Shown here piece by piece: positions 51,101-64,000 of a stretch of DNA of 64,000 bases. The stretch is taken from contig OZ024741.1 in assembly GCA_964016885.1 (NCBI GenBank), positions 265,174,001 through 265,238,000 on the forward strand, read 5' to 3'. The stretch is from Eledone cirrhosa (taxonomy: Eukaryota). The position numbers were made by a program, and so were the translations under genes. The notes under the pieces are model-generated. The model saw nothing but the letters and a program-made list of their open reading frames with translations. It was not told the DNA's origin and did not search any database. Position 1 is the stretch's first letter. Every line of letters begins with the position of its first letter.

Positions 51101-51534
51101 TACTTCCCTTTCTTTTATCGAGAATCTAATTGTAATACGTGACGTATTCTATTCTATAGCGATTAGGTCTTCAAAATGTTTATTATAAACATACAGAATA
51201 TTTTCGAATATTCTATGTCTATATTCACATATATATCGCTATTTCAGAGCATTTATTCCAATTTCTAATTTCTGCCGGACCGGCAACCGCTCTTTCAAAC
51301 CAGTTCCTGTACACAGCTAAGTATTCTATAAGTCTCTAGCTGTGTCATTCTCGATAAAAGCACTGGATATGTAGTCCTGATGAATTCTAACAAGAATGAA
51401 ACGCGTAGATTACTTCCCTTTCTTTTATCGAGAATCTAATTGTAATACGTGACGTATTCTATTCTATAGCGATTAGGTCTTCAAAATGTTTATTATAAAC
51501 ATACAGAATATTTTCGAATATTCTATGTCTATAT
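48168..51534 (+). repeat. Tandem array of 310-bp units (10 full + 1 near-full), each containing a hammerhead ribozyme; candidate non-LTR retrozyme
   Basis: tctgccggac recurs at 48171, 48481 ... 51271 (exact 310 period). Copies look identical. (TA)n microsatellites flank both sides. Confidence 0.95.
48247..48335 (+). ncRNA. Minimal type I hammerhead ribozyme (first of 11 copies, repeating every 310 nt)
   Basis: GTAGTC-CTGATGA-ATTCT(AACA)AGAAT-GAAAC-GC-GTA^GATTAC: helix I GUAGUC/GAUUAC, intact core, 5-bp helix II, palindromic ACGCGT helix III. Outer 14-bp helix ATTCTCGATAAAAG/CTTTTATCGAGAAT. Confidence 0.9.
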
Positions 51535-51538
51535 ATAC

Positions 51539-51609
<71 letters not shown>

Positions 51610-52073
51610 TGGTGGTGATGGTGGTACTGGTGTGGGTGTTGCTGTTGGTGATGATGATGATGACAGTGATCAAACATGTGGTTTCAATTTTATAGATTAT
51701 AAAATTCATGTTAAGCAATTACGTTGGAAGTGCAAGCGTTTATAGAGCAGAAATAAACCATGATGCCAACGAAATCTTGACCTCTTTTCTTCCTCAACTC
51801 AGCTGTTTGCCAGCTCAAGTCATCTGTATATTATCAGATAAATAACTTAGCTCTGAACAAAATGGTTCTTTCTTTGCTTCGGTTATTGAACTTTAATCTC
51901 TTAGCTAAAGGAAAATAACACATTCCTTGGGACTGTAAGCTGCCTGGTTTACCTAATTCCTTAGATAAGAGAAACGGGAGGGGGAGGTTAGTGACAAAGA
52001 TATATGGTTGCTGCCTCAAAAATGAAATAGTTTATAGTGTAAAAAAAAAGGAGAAAAAAACAGGAAAGGAGAC

Positions 52074-52414
52074 ATTTACTGGTTTCAGTTGTTAGACTGT
52101 GGCCATGCTGGGGCACTCGTCTTTTACTGGTTTCAGTCATTAGACTGTGGCCATGCTGGGGCACCAACATTTTACTGGTTTCTGTCATTAGACTGTGGTC
52201 ATGCTGGGGCACTGGTCTTTTACTGATTTCTGTCATTAGACTGTGGCCATACTGAGGCACTATTTTTTCCCCGGTTTCTGTCATTAGATTGTGGCCATAC
52301 TGGGGCATTTTTTTTGCCCTGGTTTCTGTCATTAGATTGTGGCCATGCTGGGGCATTGATCTTTTACTGGTTTCAGTTATTAAACAGTGGCCATGCTGGG
52401 GTACGGATCTTTTA
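52074..52414. repeat. ~48-bp tandem repeat (7 copies) of a retroposon 3'-tail motif
   Basis: Unit ttttactggtttcagtcattagactgtggccatgctggggcac; single related copies at ~10430-10475 and 46330-46365. Confidence 0.85.
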
Positions 52415-55400
52415 CGCACACACGCACATACACACACACATGCACACCTTCATGCACGAAGGATGGTTTTAGAAGGGTTAATGTGTATCTGATTTAGAAT
52501 AGGCACATTATGTCCTTATATATTGTAAGAGGTACCTAAAAAAAGGGACATCTAGTCATAAAACATTGCCTCAAAAAGGATCCCATAATGTGTATGAAAC
52601 CTGTCTTGGCGCATGCAAGGCTAACCCCTACCTTAGCAGAGGAAGAATGGCCAGTTTCAGGTGATTTGATATCAAAAGGCTTAAATTGATGTCTTCTTCT
52701 TTGTCTTCTTCTTCCTGCCAATCTTTGAAATCAATAGCTAAAGGAAATGAAAGTAGGATAATGAAGCGGGGGATATTTTGGAAGGGAGCCATAGAAAATT
52801 CTTTGGTATTTAGTTACAACTCTTTGTGTTCTAACAAACTTTACTTTCATTCATTGCAAACATCGCCTACATCTTTCACATTGACGGGAAACTGCACAGG
52901 ATTATAACGATGAAAAAATATAGAAATCCAATTAAATTATTAAATATGAAACCCAAATATATTTTTAAGTAGGGCTCTTAGAAATTAAAGCCAGCTTCAA
53001 AATCTCGGCATGATTGAGGAAATGACATTAAGTAAACTTTAAATATATTTCCCAGGTGGATTTATTCCCTTTCATATTTTTTCCGCATGGCTTAGTGATT
53101 AGAGCATCAGGCTTACAATCGTGAGGTTGTGAGTTCGATTTTTGGACCGGGCTTAACATTGTGATTCTTGAGCAAGACACTTTATTTCACGTTGCTCCAG
53201 TTTATTCAGCTGTAGAAATGAGTTGTGATGTCACTGGTGTCAAGCTGTATAGGCCTTTGCCTTTCCCTTGGACAAGATCAGTGGTGAGGAGAGACTGGTA
53301 TACATGGGTGACTGCTGGTCTTCCACAAACAAACCTTGCCCGGATTTGTGCCTTGAGGGGGAACTTTCTATGTGCAAATCCCATGGTCATTCATGACCGA
53401 AGGGGGTCTTTGCCCTTACTTTTTATGTGTAATGAAGAATTCTCCCAAAATATTGATGGTGGTGTTGTCCTCATCATAGTAACACCAGTTTTTGAGGTCA
53501 TAGTGGTGGTGTTGTCCTCATCATGGTAATACCAGTTTTTTAGGTCATGGACATAGCTGAGTGGTTAAGAAGTTAGCTTTGCAGTCATATAGTCTCTGGT
53601 TTGGTCCCACTACTGTGGCATCTTAAGCTACTGTCATTTACCACAGCCTTGGATAGGCCTATGTCTTGTGAGTGACATTGGGTAGTTGGGTTGACAGAAA
53701 CTGTCTGGAAGCCCGTCAGGTGGTCTGTGTAATCACAGGATCATCAGATTGATCCTGTGAGTACACAGATGAAACCCTAAAGTAACAACACTCATCACTT
53801 TGCCTTAATGAAGAATATTTAAACTGTACTTCTCTATTGAGTACTCTTTCTTACATCCATCAATATCACACATACATACATGATGGCTACCCCCTCGTTG
53901 TCGAGTATGGCCATTGCACAATATAATATTATTAATAATTATCAATTAATGCTATCAAACAATGCCTGTGCATGAAGATTTTTTTTAAAGTGAGGAACAA
54001 CTGTGCACTGAGCCAATCCCACTCTCTGAGCAACAGTAGCTATAACCCAAAAAGAAGAAAAGGTCAACATCATCGGTAACTACTGAGCCGCAGGTTTTAT
54101 GTCGGAGTTATCCCAGTTTCCTGAGTTGCCTTCTAGAAGTATGCCCTGACAAAGGCTAGGGGTCCTTCACTCTCAGTGGTTTAACCACGTAATTGGGTAA
54201 CCAGCCTGATTATTTTTATGTCCCCACGCATATACAGACATATGTATACATGTATATACATTTACATATATATATACACATGTATATATGTATATACATA
54301 TTTACACATTTTTGGATTGCCGTTGACTCTTATGAGTTCTTCCGCCCTTTGTCAGGTTGCTTTTTGTCCTGCAGGGTGTCCAAAATCCTCCTCCTCGCCA
54401 AGTAAACTTGTACATACATACATACATATTTTTTTTGTTGTTGTTGTTGAGTGAGAGACTCCTAGTCTTCATTAAGACATCTCTGAAGGAGAAGGTATGT
54501 AACTATAAACCTCACAATAATTCAGACCATTGCACACCTATAAAGATAAAAATTATATAAACTACAATGTTCTGACACTTCACTCCTAACATCACACCAC
54601 CAACATCAATAATAACAACAACACCCTCAACATCACCACCACCATAACCAACAACAACACACCAATATCACCACCACCACCACCAACACCATTTTACTAC
54701 CACCACCACCATTACCACTCTACCACCTCCAACAACAACACTTTACCACCACCACTACTCTACCACCACCACCACTACACTACCACCACTCTACCAACAC
54801 CACCACTACCACCACTCTACCAACACCACCACCACCACCACTAACACCATTACTACATAAAATATTTCTTCTATCAAACTTCAAAACTCAAGATTTATAC
54901 TCAGCATTTTTCTTCCTCTGTTGTTTTGCCTAATTAATTAGTTGTGCCTGGTATGACTAACAGGATGTCTTCCAAACCACAGATCTCATGTTCTCTGATA
55001 CTAGCCACTACAACCATTCTTACAGATCTCTCCTTCCATTAGTTCTCTCCCTTTCTCTCTTTCTCTCTCTATCTATCTCTCCCTCCTTATCTCTATAGAT
55101 ATACCTCTCTCTCTCTTAAACTAGTCAGTACTAACAACCATTCTTACAGATATCTCCTCCAATTATTTCTCTCTCTTTATCTCTCTCTCTCTCTCTACCA
55201 TATGTCACTTATGTCTTTTTTGTCTCTCTATCTGCTCTTCAGCTTGATACATTTCTTTGTCTCTCTCCCCCTCTCTTTCTATATCTGCCTCTTTCTCTCT
55301 ATCTCTCCCCCCTCTCTCACTACTCTCTTTTTGTTTATCTAGCTTTTCTCTTAAGCTTGATACATTTCCTTGTCTCTCACACCCTCCTCTCATCCCTCTA

Positions 55401-56006
55401 TCTCTCTCTCCTTTAAAACTAGCCAGTACTAACAACCATTCTTACAGCTGTCTCCACCCATTCTCTCCTAGTCTCTCCTGCTATCTCTATCTCTCTAACT
55501 CTCCCTCTCTCTATCTCTCTCACTGCTCTTTCACTCTGTAAGTCTCTCCTCTTTCTTTCAACTTTCTCCTTACCATATTTCTAATTAAAGCCACAGCTTA
55601 TTATCGTCAACTTAAGTACAACAATATATATTTCAACACAATTATTTCATATCAAGAAGTACAACACTAAAATATAACGTTAGTGATATAAGAATCTTTC
55701 TTATTATGAAGTCTGTATTGTTTGGAATATGAGTTGACAAAGATTCTTATATAAAAGTGTAATAGAAAGTTGTTTTTTAAGATAACATATAAACACTTTA
55801 AAATAAACAACTTTGTTTCAGAGAACTATTGGTGGTTTTAGGTAGTTTTGTATTAAATGGATTAAAAAAGAATTTTGTGTGGGGGAGGGTTAACTAAAAT
55901 TATTAAATATTTGTACAAAGCTGAATTTTCGGCTTTTGAAGCACTGACAATATATATATATATATATAAGTATATATATATATACTTCTGCACTTGAACA
56001 CTTATA

Positions 56007-56051
<45 letters not shown>

Positions 56052-56058
<7 letters not shown>

Positions 56059-56285
56059 TGTTCAAGTGCAGAAATGCTATAAAAATAGCTTATAAAACAG
56101 AGTGAAAACCCTTAAGAGACGGAATAAGAAGTTGCCATTAGCCGCTTATCTGGAAGATATGGGGTCCATTTCCTCATACTGGCCGATGGCAACTTCTTTT
56201 TCCATCTTTTAAGGATCTTTTCCCTATTTTATAAACTATCTTTATAGCATTTTTGCACTTGAACATTTTCTTTATACTTATATAT
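56052..56285. mobile_element. Foldback/MITE-like element with ~90-bp imperfect inverted arms in (TA)n
   Basis: TGTTCAAGTGCA..ATGCTATAAA..AAGAAGTTGCCAT versus ATGGCAACTTCTT..TTTATAGCAT..TGCACTTGAACA. Confidence 0.7.
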
Positions 56286-56634
56286 ATATTAATTATTTCA
56301 TTACTATGATGGCATTTGATAGTAGAAATCATTATTAAGATGGCATTTGCAATATCCATGAGCTCAACTGGTCTTGCTTGGGGATCAATTGGAGATGATT
56401 GCTTCTGATAGGACCCACAGAAAGGAGTGTTTTGAGGACTCTTCCCTCTACGACCCACTCAGGAATACGTGGGTGGGAACACGAAATATTTTATACGTGA
56501 CGGCCATGACAAATTAGGAAGTAAAACAGATATACGTAAGTTGGAAAGAAAGAGTTAATAAGCATTGCGTCAGAGCACCAGAGCTACAAACCACTGTGTG
56601 AGGAGGGGGGGGGGGGAGAAGAAGAAGAAGGTTT

Positions 56635-57475
56635 TAAAGTTACTGACTGACAACATTTCAAAGCTACCGAGTAGCAACATTTCAAAGCTACTGAGAGGCA
56701 ACATTTCAAAGCTACTGTGAGGCAACATTTCAAAGTTACTGAGTAGCAACATTTCAAAGCTACTGAGTAGCAACATTTCAAAGTTACTGAATGACAACAT
56801 TTCAAAGCTACTGAGAGGCAATATTTCAAAGCTACTGAGAGGCAACATTTCAAAGCTACTGAGAGGCAACATTTCAAAGCTACTGAGTGGCAACATTTCA
56901 AAGCTACTGAATGACAACATTTCAAAGCTACTGAGTAGCAACATTTCAAAGCTAATGAATGACAACATTTCAAAGCTACCGAGAGGCAATATTTCAAAGC
57001 TACTGACAAGCAACATTTCAAAACTACTGAGTTGAAACATTACAAAATTACTGTGAGGCAACATTTCAAAGCTACCAAATGACAACATTTCAAAGTTACC
57101 AAGTGGCAATATTTCAAAGCTACTGAGAAGTAACATTTCAAAGCTACTGAGAGGCAACATTTCAAAGCTACTGAGTTGAAACATTTCAAAGCTACCAAGT
57201 GGCAATATTTCAAAGCTACTGAAAAGCAACAATACAAAGCTACTGAGAAGCAACATTTCAAAGCTACTGAGTTGAAACATTCCAAAGCTACTTGAGAGGC
57301 AACATTTCAAAGTTACTGTGAGGCAATATTTCAAAGCTACTGTGAGGGAACATTTCAAAGCTACTGTGAGGCAACATCTCAAAGCTACTGTGAGGGAACA
57401 TTTCAAAGTTACTGTGAGGCAACATTTCAAAGTTACTGTGAGGCAACATCTCAAAGCTACTGACCAGCAACATTT
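56635..57475. repeat. 24-bp minisatellite (caacatttcaaagctactgagagg)n, ~35 copies
   Basis: Direct periodicity; gives 8-aa periodic spurious ORFs. Confidence 0.95.
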
Positions 57476-58174
57476 TGCTGTTTGTTGCAGCAATACAGAA
57501 ACTGCATGACACCAATACTGTAACTGCACAGCTGTGCACTTACACAGCATAGCGAGAATATTGCTTGTGTGTCCAATAAAACTCTACAGATGTGGTGACA
57601 GCTGTGGTATGGATATGATGCAATTGGATAGAGAAGTGCTGGGTGAAAAAGTGTGTTTGTCTGTTGATATAAGAGTAATCATGGAAGAGGAAGTGGTAAG
57701 ATCAAATCTCTGCTATGCTGGGACTCCCCTGGGAGATGACAGGAAACTAAGATGTGGAATAACTAATTCTAGGTCAATAGAATGGATAGCAATATTAATG
57801 TGGGTAATAATAAGGATGAGGGTAGTGGTGGTATTGATGGTTATAATAGTGGTGGTGATGGTGATGTTGGTGGTGATGGTAGTGTAGTTGGTGGTGATAG
57901 TGTCATTGGTGGTTATAGTTGTAATGGGGGTGTAGTTGGTGGTGCAGGTGGTATTAGTCATGGTTATAATGGTGGTAGTAATGATAGTGATGGTCGTGGT
58001 AGTGTGATAGTGTCAGTGGTAGTGGTGGTGGTGGCGATGGTGGTGGTGGTAGTGATAATAGTGATGGTGGTGGCGGTACCTATGGTTTTGAAATAATTTT
58101 GAAAATAATCATTATGTGGCCCCTCAGCCACGTAATACCCTCAGTACCCCCCAACCCTATTTCCAGAGAGATAT

Positions 58175-58574
58175 GAAGGCACATGGCTTAGTGGTTAGAG
58201 CATTGGCCTTGCAATCGAAAGGTTGTGAGTTCAATTCTCAGACCGGGTGATGTGTTGTTTCCTTGAGCAAGACACTTTATTTCACATTGCTCCAGTTTAC
58301 TCAGCTGTAGAAATGAGATGATAGGGACTGGGGTCCTTATCATTCCACTGCAAAGTGGTCGTGGAGGTGCCACGGCAAAAAAGCACCCAGCACTCACTGT
58401 AAATGAGGTTGGTGTTAGGAAGGGCATCCAGCTGTAGAAATCAAGCCAGAATCAGTTCCCGTATGAGCAAGACATGGTCACTTGACCTGACATTGCTCCA
58501 CAACAGGACAATCCGTCTAACCCATGCTAGCGTGGAAGAACAGACGTAAAAACGATGATGATGATGATGATGAT
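58175..58574 (+). mobile_element. tRNA-derived SINE family 1 with RTE-derived 3' tail; other copies at 45845-46189 (+), 4927-5273 (-), 53084-53420 (+, different tail)
   Basis: A box TGGCTTAGTGG, B box GAGTTCAATTCTC, core CCTTGAGCAAGACACTT; the 3' ~230 nt match the RTE 3' UTR; (GAT)n tail. Confidence 0.88.
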
Positions 58575-59404
58575 AGGCTACACGCAAATTGTAAATAATA
58601 TATAATAAATAAAATCGTTAAGTTATATATAATAAATAATATAATATATACTATGTATAAATAAATATTATATTAATAAGTATCATTTGATATTTAATAC
58701 ACTATTATATCATCTATACGCCCCGCCCCCCCGGTCCCTTACCCCCCTCCCCCAGACAACGCCCCCACCTGGGGATGGGGTCAGTAGCACTCACTTTAAG
58801 AACCTCTGCTGTATATGGTCACACAATGACCATGTCATCAGGGTCCAGAACCTCTGTAGCCACATCCTGGAGTGACACATCAATGACAAGAGACTGAGAG
58901 GAAGATCAAGGCGATACTGAAGTGATGACATTAAAGATTGGACAGGAAGGACAATGGCCGAGTGCATGTTGATGGCGGGGGAGAGGAGCTAGTGGAGAGC
59001 ACTGGTGCAATTATCTATGGATTCGAAAAGACCAGGTCACACAAATGGTTAGAAATAGCAGCTAAATCTCCCTCAAATTATACCTTACCATCTTAACAGG
59101 AAGAACATGATAGGTAATATACTCAAGAACACACTACATCTGAAAAAAAAATATGGGATGGGCATGTTTGGAACCTTTAATCATAGGTCTGCTCATTGTG
59201 ACATTGTATGTGACATGAAATATTTGGACATTTGAATTACAGGTACAGACTTCAATACAGTTAACTGAGGTCATTGTAAAAGACAATCTCCTTGCTCCAA
59301 TGTAATGCAATTAAAGATTGAACCTATGTCCTCATGATTGTAAAGTAAACATCTTAACCTTGCCTGCACATATATTTATATAATTAAAGTTATAGAACTC
59401 TTAA

Positions 59405-60560
59405 CATCCTGTAATAATTTAGCAGAAAATATGTAATAATTGGTTTGCTAAATGAAATACAGTCTGTTCACTTATGGAACAAACTACCTGCATCAGTTGT
59501 GTCAGGACACTGCATCCTTTAAAACCTCCATGCTTCCCGAAATTCGTCAACACTACACCTGATATTCCACCTTCGTACATATGCACGCATGTATCTGTGT
59601 GTATATCATGACTCACACTGTTCACTTTCCTGACATTTGTACATTATTCTATGTTACTATACATGCACCTTTGATGAGTTGTAGTGCACCTGAGGACTGT
59701 ACACAATAATTTCATTATTATTATTATTATTGGGATCACGGCAGGTAAAGCAAATTCACGAAATTCAAGTCTGATTTTCCCATATATAAAAAAATAAAAA
59801 AAATAACATGCTTTATAGTGCATTATTCGTGCAAAGTGAATATTTAATAATATTTTTTCTAGAGGCGTTGAAGCAAATTCGCAACCTTCAAGTTCGCTCA
59901 AAAAGCGAACAGACTATACTTATAATGTTTTTACTAGTGAACATATCATTGTAAAAAATTGCAGTACTAGAGCAACGACTCTAATATTTGCTGTGATGAA
60001 GTCATAGTGCTGTTTTGTACTATTCAAGGATGTCTTGCTAATGTGATTTCCTGTGATTTGTTAATTCAAATGTTTATAGTATCTTTACTAATGGGAAGAT
60101 TGTTGTGTAAATTTGTAATATTAGACTAAAGACTTTAACCGTTAACATCCTGTAATGATTCAGCAGAAAATTTCTAAAGATTAGTTTGTTTATTTAAATG
60201 TTTGTCGTATCTTTACAAATGGAAAAATTGTTGTAAAAAATTGTAATTAGAGTAAATATTTTATTATATAATTGTTTCTACTATTGGCACAAGGCCAGCA
60301 ATTATCTCAGTGCATTACTGGTACTTTATTTTATCGACCCCATAAGGATGAAAGGCAAAGTCAACCTCGGCGGGATTTGAACTCAGACCATAAAGGGGCG
60401 TAACTCTATGCTGGAAAGCATGGTGTCCGACCCTCTACCGATACTGCCACTCCATCGCCCTATAAGATCCACATTTTATATATAATGTGATGCAATCAGA
60501 GTGATATTTAATATTTTCTAAGAATGTCTTTGATAATGCTGTTTGGTGCAGTACAGGATG
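59405..60560. mobile_element. TTAA-flanked TIR element with nested insertions
   Basis: TTAA-CATCCTGTA...TACAGGATG-TTAA; the left end is duplicated at ~60142. Confidence 0.55.
60270..60461 (-). mobile_element. tRNA-derived SINE family 2; other copies at 25976-26172 (+), 34396-34575 (+), 42905-43048 (-), 63062-63262 (-)
   Basis: Head TGGCAGTATCGGTAGAG..GAGTTCAAATCCC, core GCCTTTCATCC..GTCGATAAAATAAAGTACCAG, tail GGCCTTGTGCC..AGAAAC(AAT)n. Confidence 0.85.
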
Positions 60561-61725
60561 TTAAGAGTTAATTTGTAACTTATAATTTTCAATTTTCATT
60601 TCTTGATTTTTATATTGGTAAAATGTAAGATGACTTAACCCTTTAGCATTTAAACCGGCTATATCCGGCCAGAATTCTCTCACCTCTATCTGTTCAAACC
60701 GGCCATAACCGGCTGCTCATACTTATGTTAAGGTATTGTTCTCAAAATAAATATCAAAATCTCATAGATTTGATAGTATGTGAGATAAAGTGTTTACCAT
60801 GAAAATACAATAGTGAATATAGAGTAATGTAAATGGTAAAGGGTTAATAAAAGAGTGTTTTGTATGTGGGTATTGTGTATTTTATGTGGGTGTTGTGTAT
60901 TTTGTATGTTGGTGTTGTGTGTTTTGTATGTGGGTGTTGTGTGTTTTGTGTGGGTATTGTGTATTTTATGTGGGTGTTGTGTATTTTGTATGTTGGTGTT
61001 GTGTGTTTTGTATGTGGGTTGTGCGTGTGTGTTTGTGTGTGTATGCATATATATATATATATTATGCATATGTGTGTTTATGTGTGTATGCATATATATA
61101 TGCATATACACACAAACACAAACATACACACAAACACACATATATATACATATATATATATATATCACCCACCCCGCCTTTCTATAATATATCTTTTTTC
61201 CTTTACTCTTTAGAAGTCAGTCAATCTGTTCTGTCTCATATTTTACATTCCTCTGCTCCATCTTCTTTCAGTTTTGTTGTTCTATTTTGTTTAAATCCCT
61301 CACCCCATCCCACCTAGCCTGATTCTACCAGCCTCCTAATCATCCCTCCCTCTCCCCCCTCACTTCCTCCACCTGCTCACTTTACAGCTCTGCTGTTTAC
61401 CCTCAGACCAACAACAGACTTATCTAAGGTATTCCAGCTGTGTTCAGACATAGTAGTATATCTACAACTACATATATTATCTAATGTAGCACAAAACCAT
61501 TTCATTACTATATGTCTAATTAAAAATACTACCTATAATTTTTCAAGAAGGATTAAAAATACTGCCAATAATTTCCAAATCATTTTTTTTATTTATCAAG
61601 AACTTGGAAGAATTAAAAAACATTAACCCTCTTGTTACCATATTTCTAATTAAAAAATATGGCTATAATTTCCAAATATTTTTTTTAATTATCTAGAATT
61701 TTGAAGAATTTAAAAATAATATTAA

Positions 61726-62074
61726 CCCTTTTTGTTACCATATTTCTAATTAAAAATAATTACTATGATTTGTAAATATTTATTCTTAATTATCTAGAAT
61801 TTAGTAATACAACTAACTTTCAATTGTTACTATATTTCTAATGAAGAATTCTATCCACAATTTTCAAAAAATGTTGAAAATAATCAAAAATTTGGAAAGA
61901 TTTAGTAATACAACTAACTTTCTCATTATTAAACTGATGTTTGGAGCATAACTTAACAAAGGTTCTTACCCAAAATTATGGAAGTTTTTTTAGATAAATA
62001 TAGACATTTTAAAATAAGCAGTTCTGTATCATATAACCAGGGGTGTGTTTTCAGGTGCTTTGGTATCAAAAGGG
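61726..62074. mobile_element. Second piggyBac-type MITE family; interrupted copy at ~43735-44218
   Basis: TTAA-CCCTTTTTGTTACCA...TGGTATCAAAAGGG-TTAA. Confidence 0.7.
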
Positions 62075-63000
62075 TTAAGACAGGAGGATATGATTTGAGG
62101 GAGATCTAGCTATTATTTCTAGCATGCTGAGCGACCACATAGTGCCTAATTCACCAGCTGTTCACATGTTTTGTTTCTTCTTATTTATATTTGCTTGTTT
62201 TGTTGTTGTTGTTATCCATTTTTTTTCTCCCACTAACCTATCATTCTTCTTCCTACCCACCCTGGAATATCAGTTTATCAGAGAGACAGTATATAGCTGG
62301 GTTATTGTATTGAAGAAGAATTATTTTAGCCATTCAAAAACACACAAAATACACACAACAGCAGCATATGCTAACTACTCCATTAGCAATGAAAACATAT
62401 GTCTGAGTTTGCAACAAATGTGCTGACTCATATACTGAAGTACATCTCTCAAACTAGAAATACAAGTCAAAGAACACATCCTCACAATTGCTTCTTTTGT
62501 CAAAAAACACCAACAGAAATGTCAAACCCAAGATATCAAAGTTACTATAGAGGTCACTGAATGAAACATTGGGAACTTAAAACACAAAAATACTATACTT
62601 GTTAATATATTAAAACATCTCATTAACAGTAGTTATAAGTTGAAGCTAATTGACTATTATGAGTATACAGGTTTGTGCATGTTACTATCTCTTTAATCCA
62701 ATATCTGCACATAAGAGCTCCACTCATCACCTACACATTCTATTATCGTTCTTCAGAAAAAAGGGGACATGACCATGAAATAACATGAAACATAAAGTAA
62801 AAGTGTAAAAGTAAATTGCTGTTGTGTTTATGTTTATCATTGAATTATTAAAACTGTTTAAGCTTGACTGTTGGATCCAGCTGTTGAAAGAGCCGGGGCT
62901 CAGTCGTCGGGGTCCTGAATTTTTCATATTACCCACTCTACTACTCCAAGTATCAAGTACTCTTGTCAGTAATGGTCTAACTGGTTTTTACTGCCTCCAT

Positions 63001-63044
<44 letters not shown>

Positions 63045-63960
63045 ATTGGTTTAAGTTTGACAATAATAATAATTGTTTCTACTTTTCGCACAAGGCCAGC
63101 AATTACCCAGTGTATTACTGGTACTTTATTTTATCGATCCCGTAAGGATGAAAGGCAAAGTTAACCTCGGCGGGATTTGAACTCCGTCTGTAAAGGGATG
63201 TAACTCTATGCGTCAAAGCATGGCGTCCGACCCTCTACCGATACTGCCAATCCACCGCCCTGACAATAATAATAATGATATTAATAATATGATCTCTTTA
63301 TTAGCCACATAGGGCTCACGTTAAAAAAAAAACATTAATGATAGCAGAGGATGGTACAGTGTGGGTTTTTTGTGAGTAAAACAAGTTTTAATAAAAACAA
63401 AAGCAAATTTCTCAATAGGAAGGAGACTTCTGAGGGTCATTCATAGAGAAAGCCCACATAAAAACAATGGTTACCCTGACCACTAAAACAAATGACCACT
63501 CCATGTTGTCCTCCTCCAATCTACTGGCACATACTCAGAGCAAATCCATTTACTGGGGCCTTGCTCACCACTCTCACCCACCTTTCAAAAGACTGCTTAG
63601 AAGGCAGCACTTTCCTTCTCCACCATAATTTTCCTTTTCAAGTGAAACCTGAAGAGGAAAGCCCTTGTCTTCGACCCTTTTAAACATGTCCACAACATGA
63701 CTTCTTTCACCATGGGCACCAGGCAGATAAAAACTGCCTGCCCTTCCCAGCTAAAAGAAAGTAGAAGGGCAATAGACAGATCAAAAGATATAAAGACACA
63801 GGGCTAATATGATGCTTAGATCCTTGTTGCTACAAAGTGAAATTTATAACCACACTGACAAATGTTTGTGTCTGTCTTCTACACCATCTATATCACATAC
63901 ACACATAGACATACAGATGTATGTGAGTGTTTGTATATATATATATATGTGTGTGTGTGT

Positions 63961-64000
<40 letters not shown>

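Noticed and set aside
53725-53790. Possible hammerhead remnant (CTGTG-AGTA-CACAG-AT-GAAAC-CCTAAA-GTA beside an inverted CTGATGA)
   Set aside because: The core halves are on opposite strands or degenerate and there is no helix I; cannot be supported.
56570-57550. 326-aa ORF with 8-aa periodicity
   Set aside because: Read-through of the 24-bp minisatellite.
58175-58250. tRNA gene (GCA in a loop-like position)
   Set aside because: No proper acceptor stem and it runs straight into SINE core and tail; it is a SINE head with several copies.
56174-59625. Candidate upstream IB/Kazal exons of the IGFBP7-like gene
   Set aside because: The Cys-containing short ORFs here lack GCGCC or Kazal spacing; those near 57.6 kb and 59.5 kb look like decayed LINE sequence.

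Overview
AT-rich, repeat-dense animal genomic DNA. The SINE/RTE-LINE/(TA)n content suggests a cephalopod such as Octopus, but this is inference only. Three host genes can be reconstructed by hand. (1) A + strand gene with 5 coding exons (497-15408, ~451 aa) encodes a Cys/His WRKY/GCM-like putative Zn-binding domain plus a coiled coil. (2) An intronless - strand TRIM gene (31197-34151) encodes RING, B-box, coiled coil, ~27 x 12-aa repeat and an NHL-like propeller. (3) The last three exons of a - strand IGFBP7/KAZALD1-like gene lie at 42001-43647; its upstream exon(s) were not found. The rest is mostly mobile DNA: a near-full-length RTE LINE, a Tx1/L1 LINE inserted in a 40-bp minisatellite, CRE and CR1 fragments, two tRNA-SINE families, piggyBac/mariner/pogo MITEs and a Helentron-like element. 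The standout is a ribozyme system. At 48168-51534 there are 11 apparently identical head-to-tail 310-bp units, each with a complete minimal type I hammerhead ribozyme, i.e. a candidate non-LTR retrozyme/circular-RNA concatemer. Three further hammerheads of two other families lie at 5319-5415, 36056-36152 and 47009-47103, all next to TA-rich microsatellites. All calls are by eye; no searches or folding programs were run.
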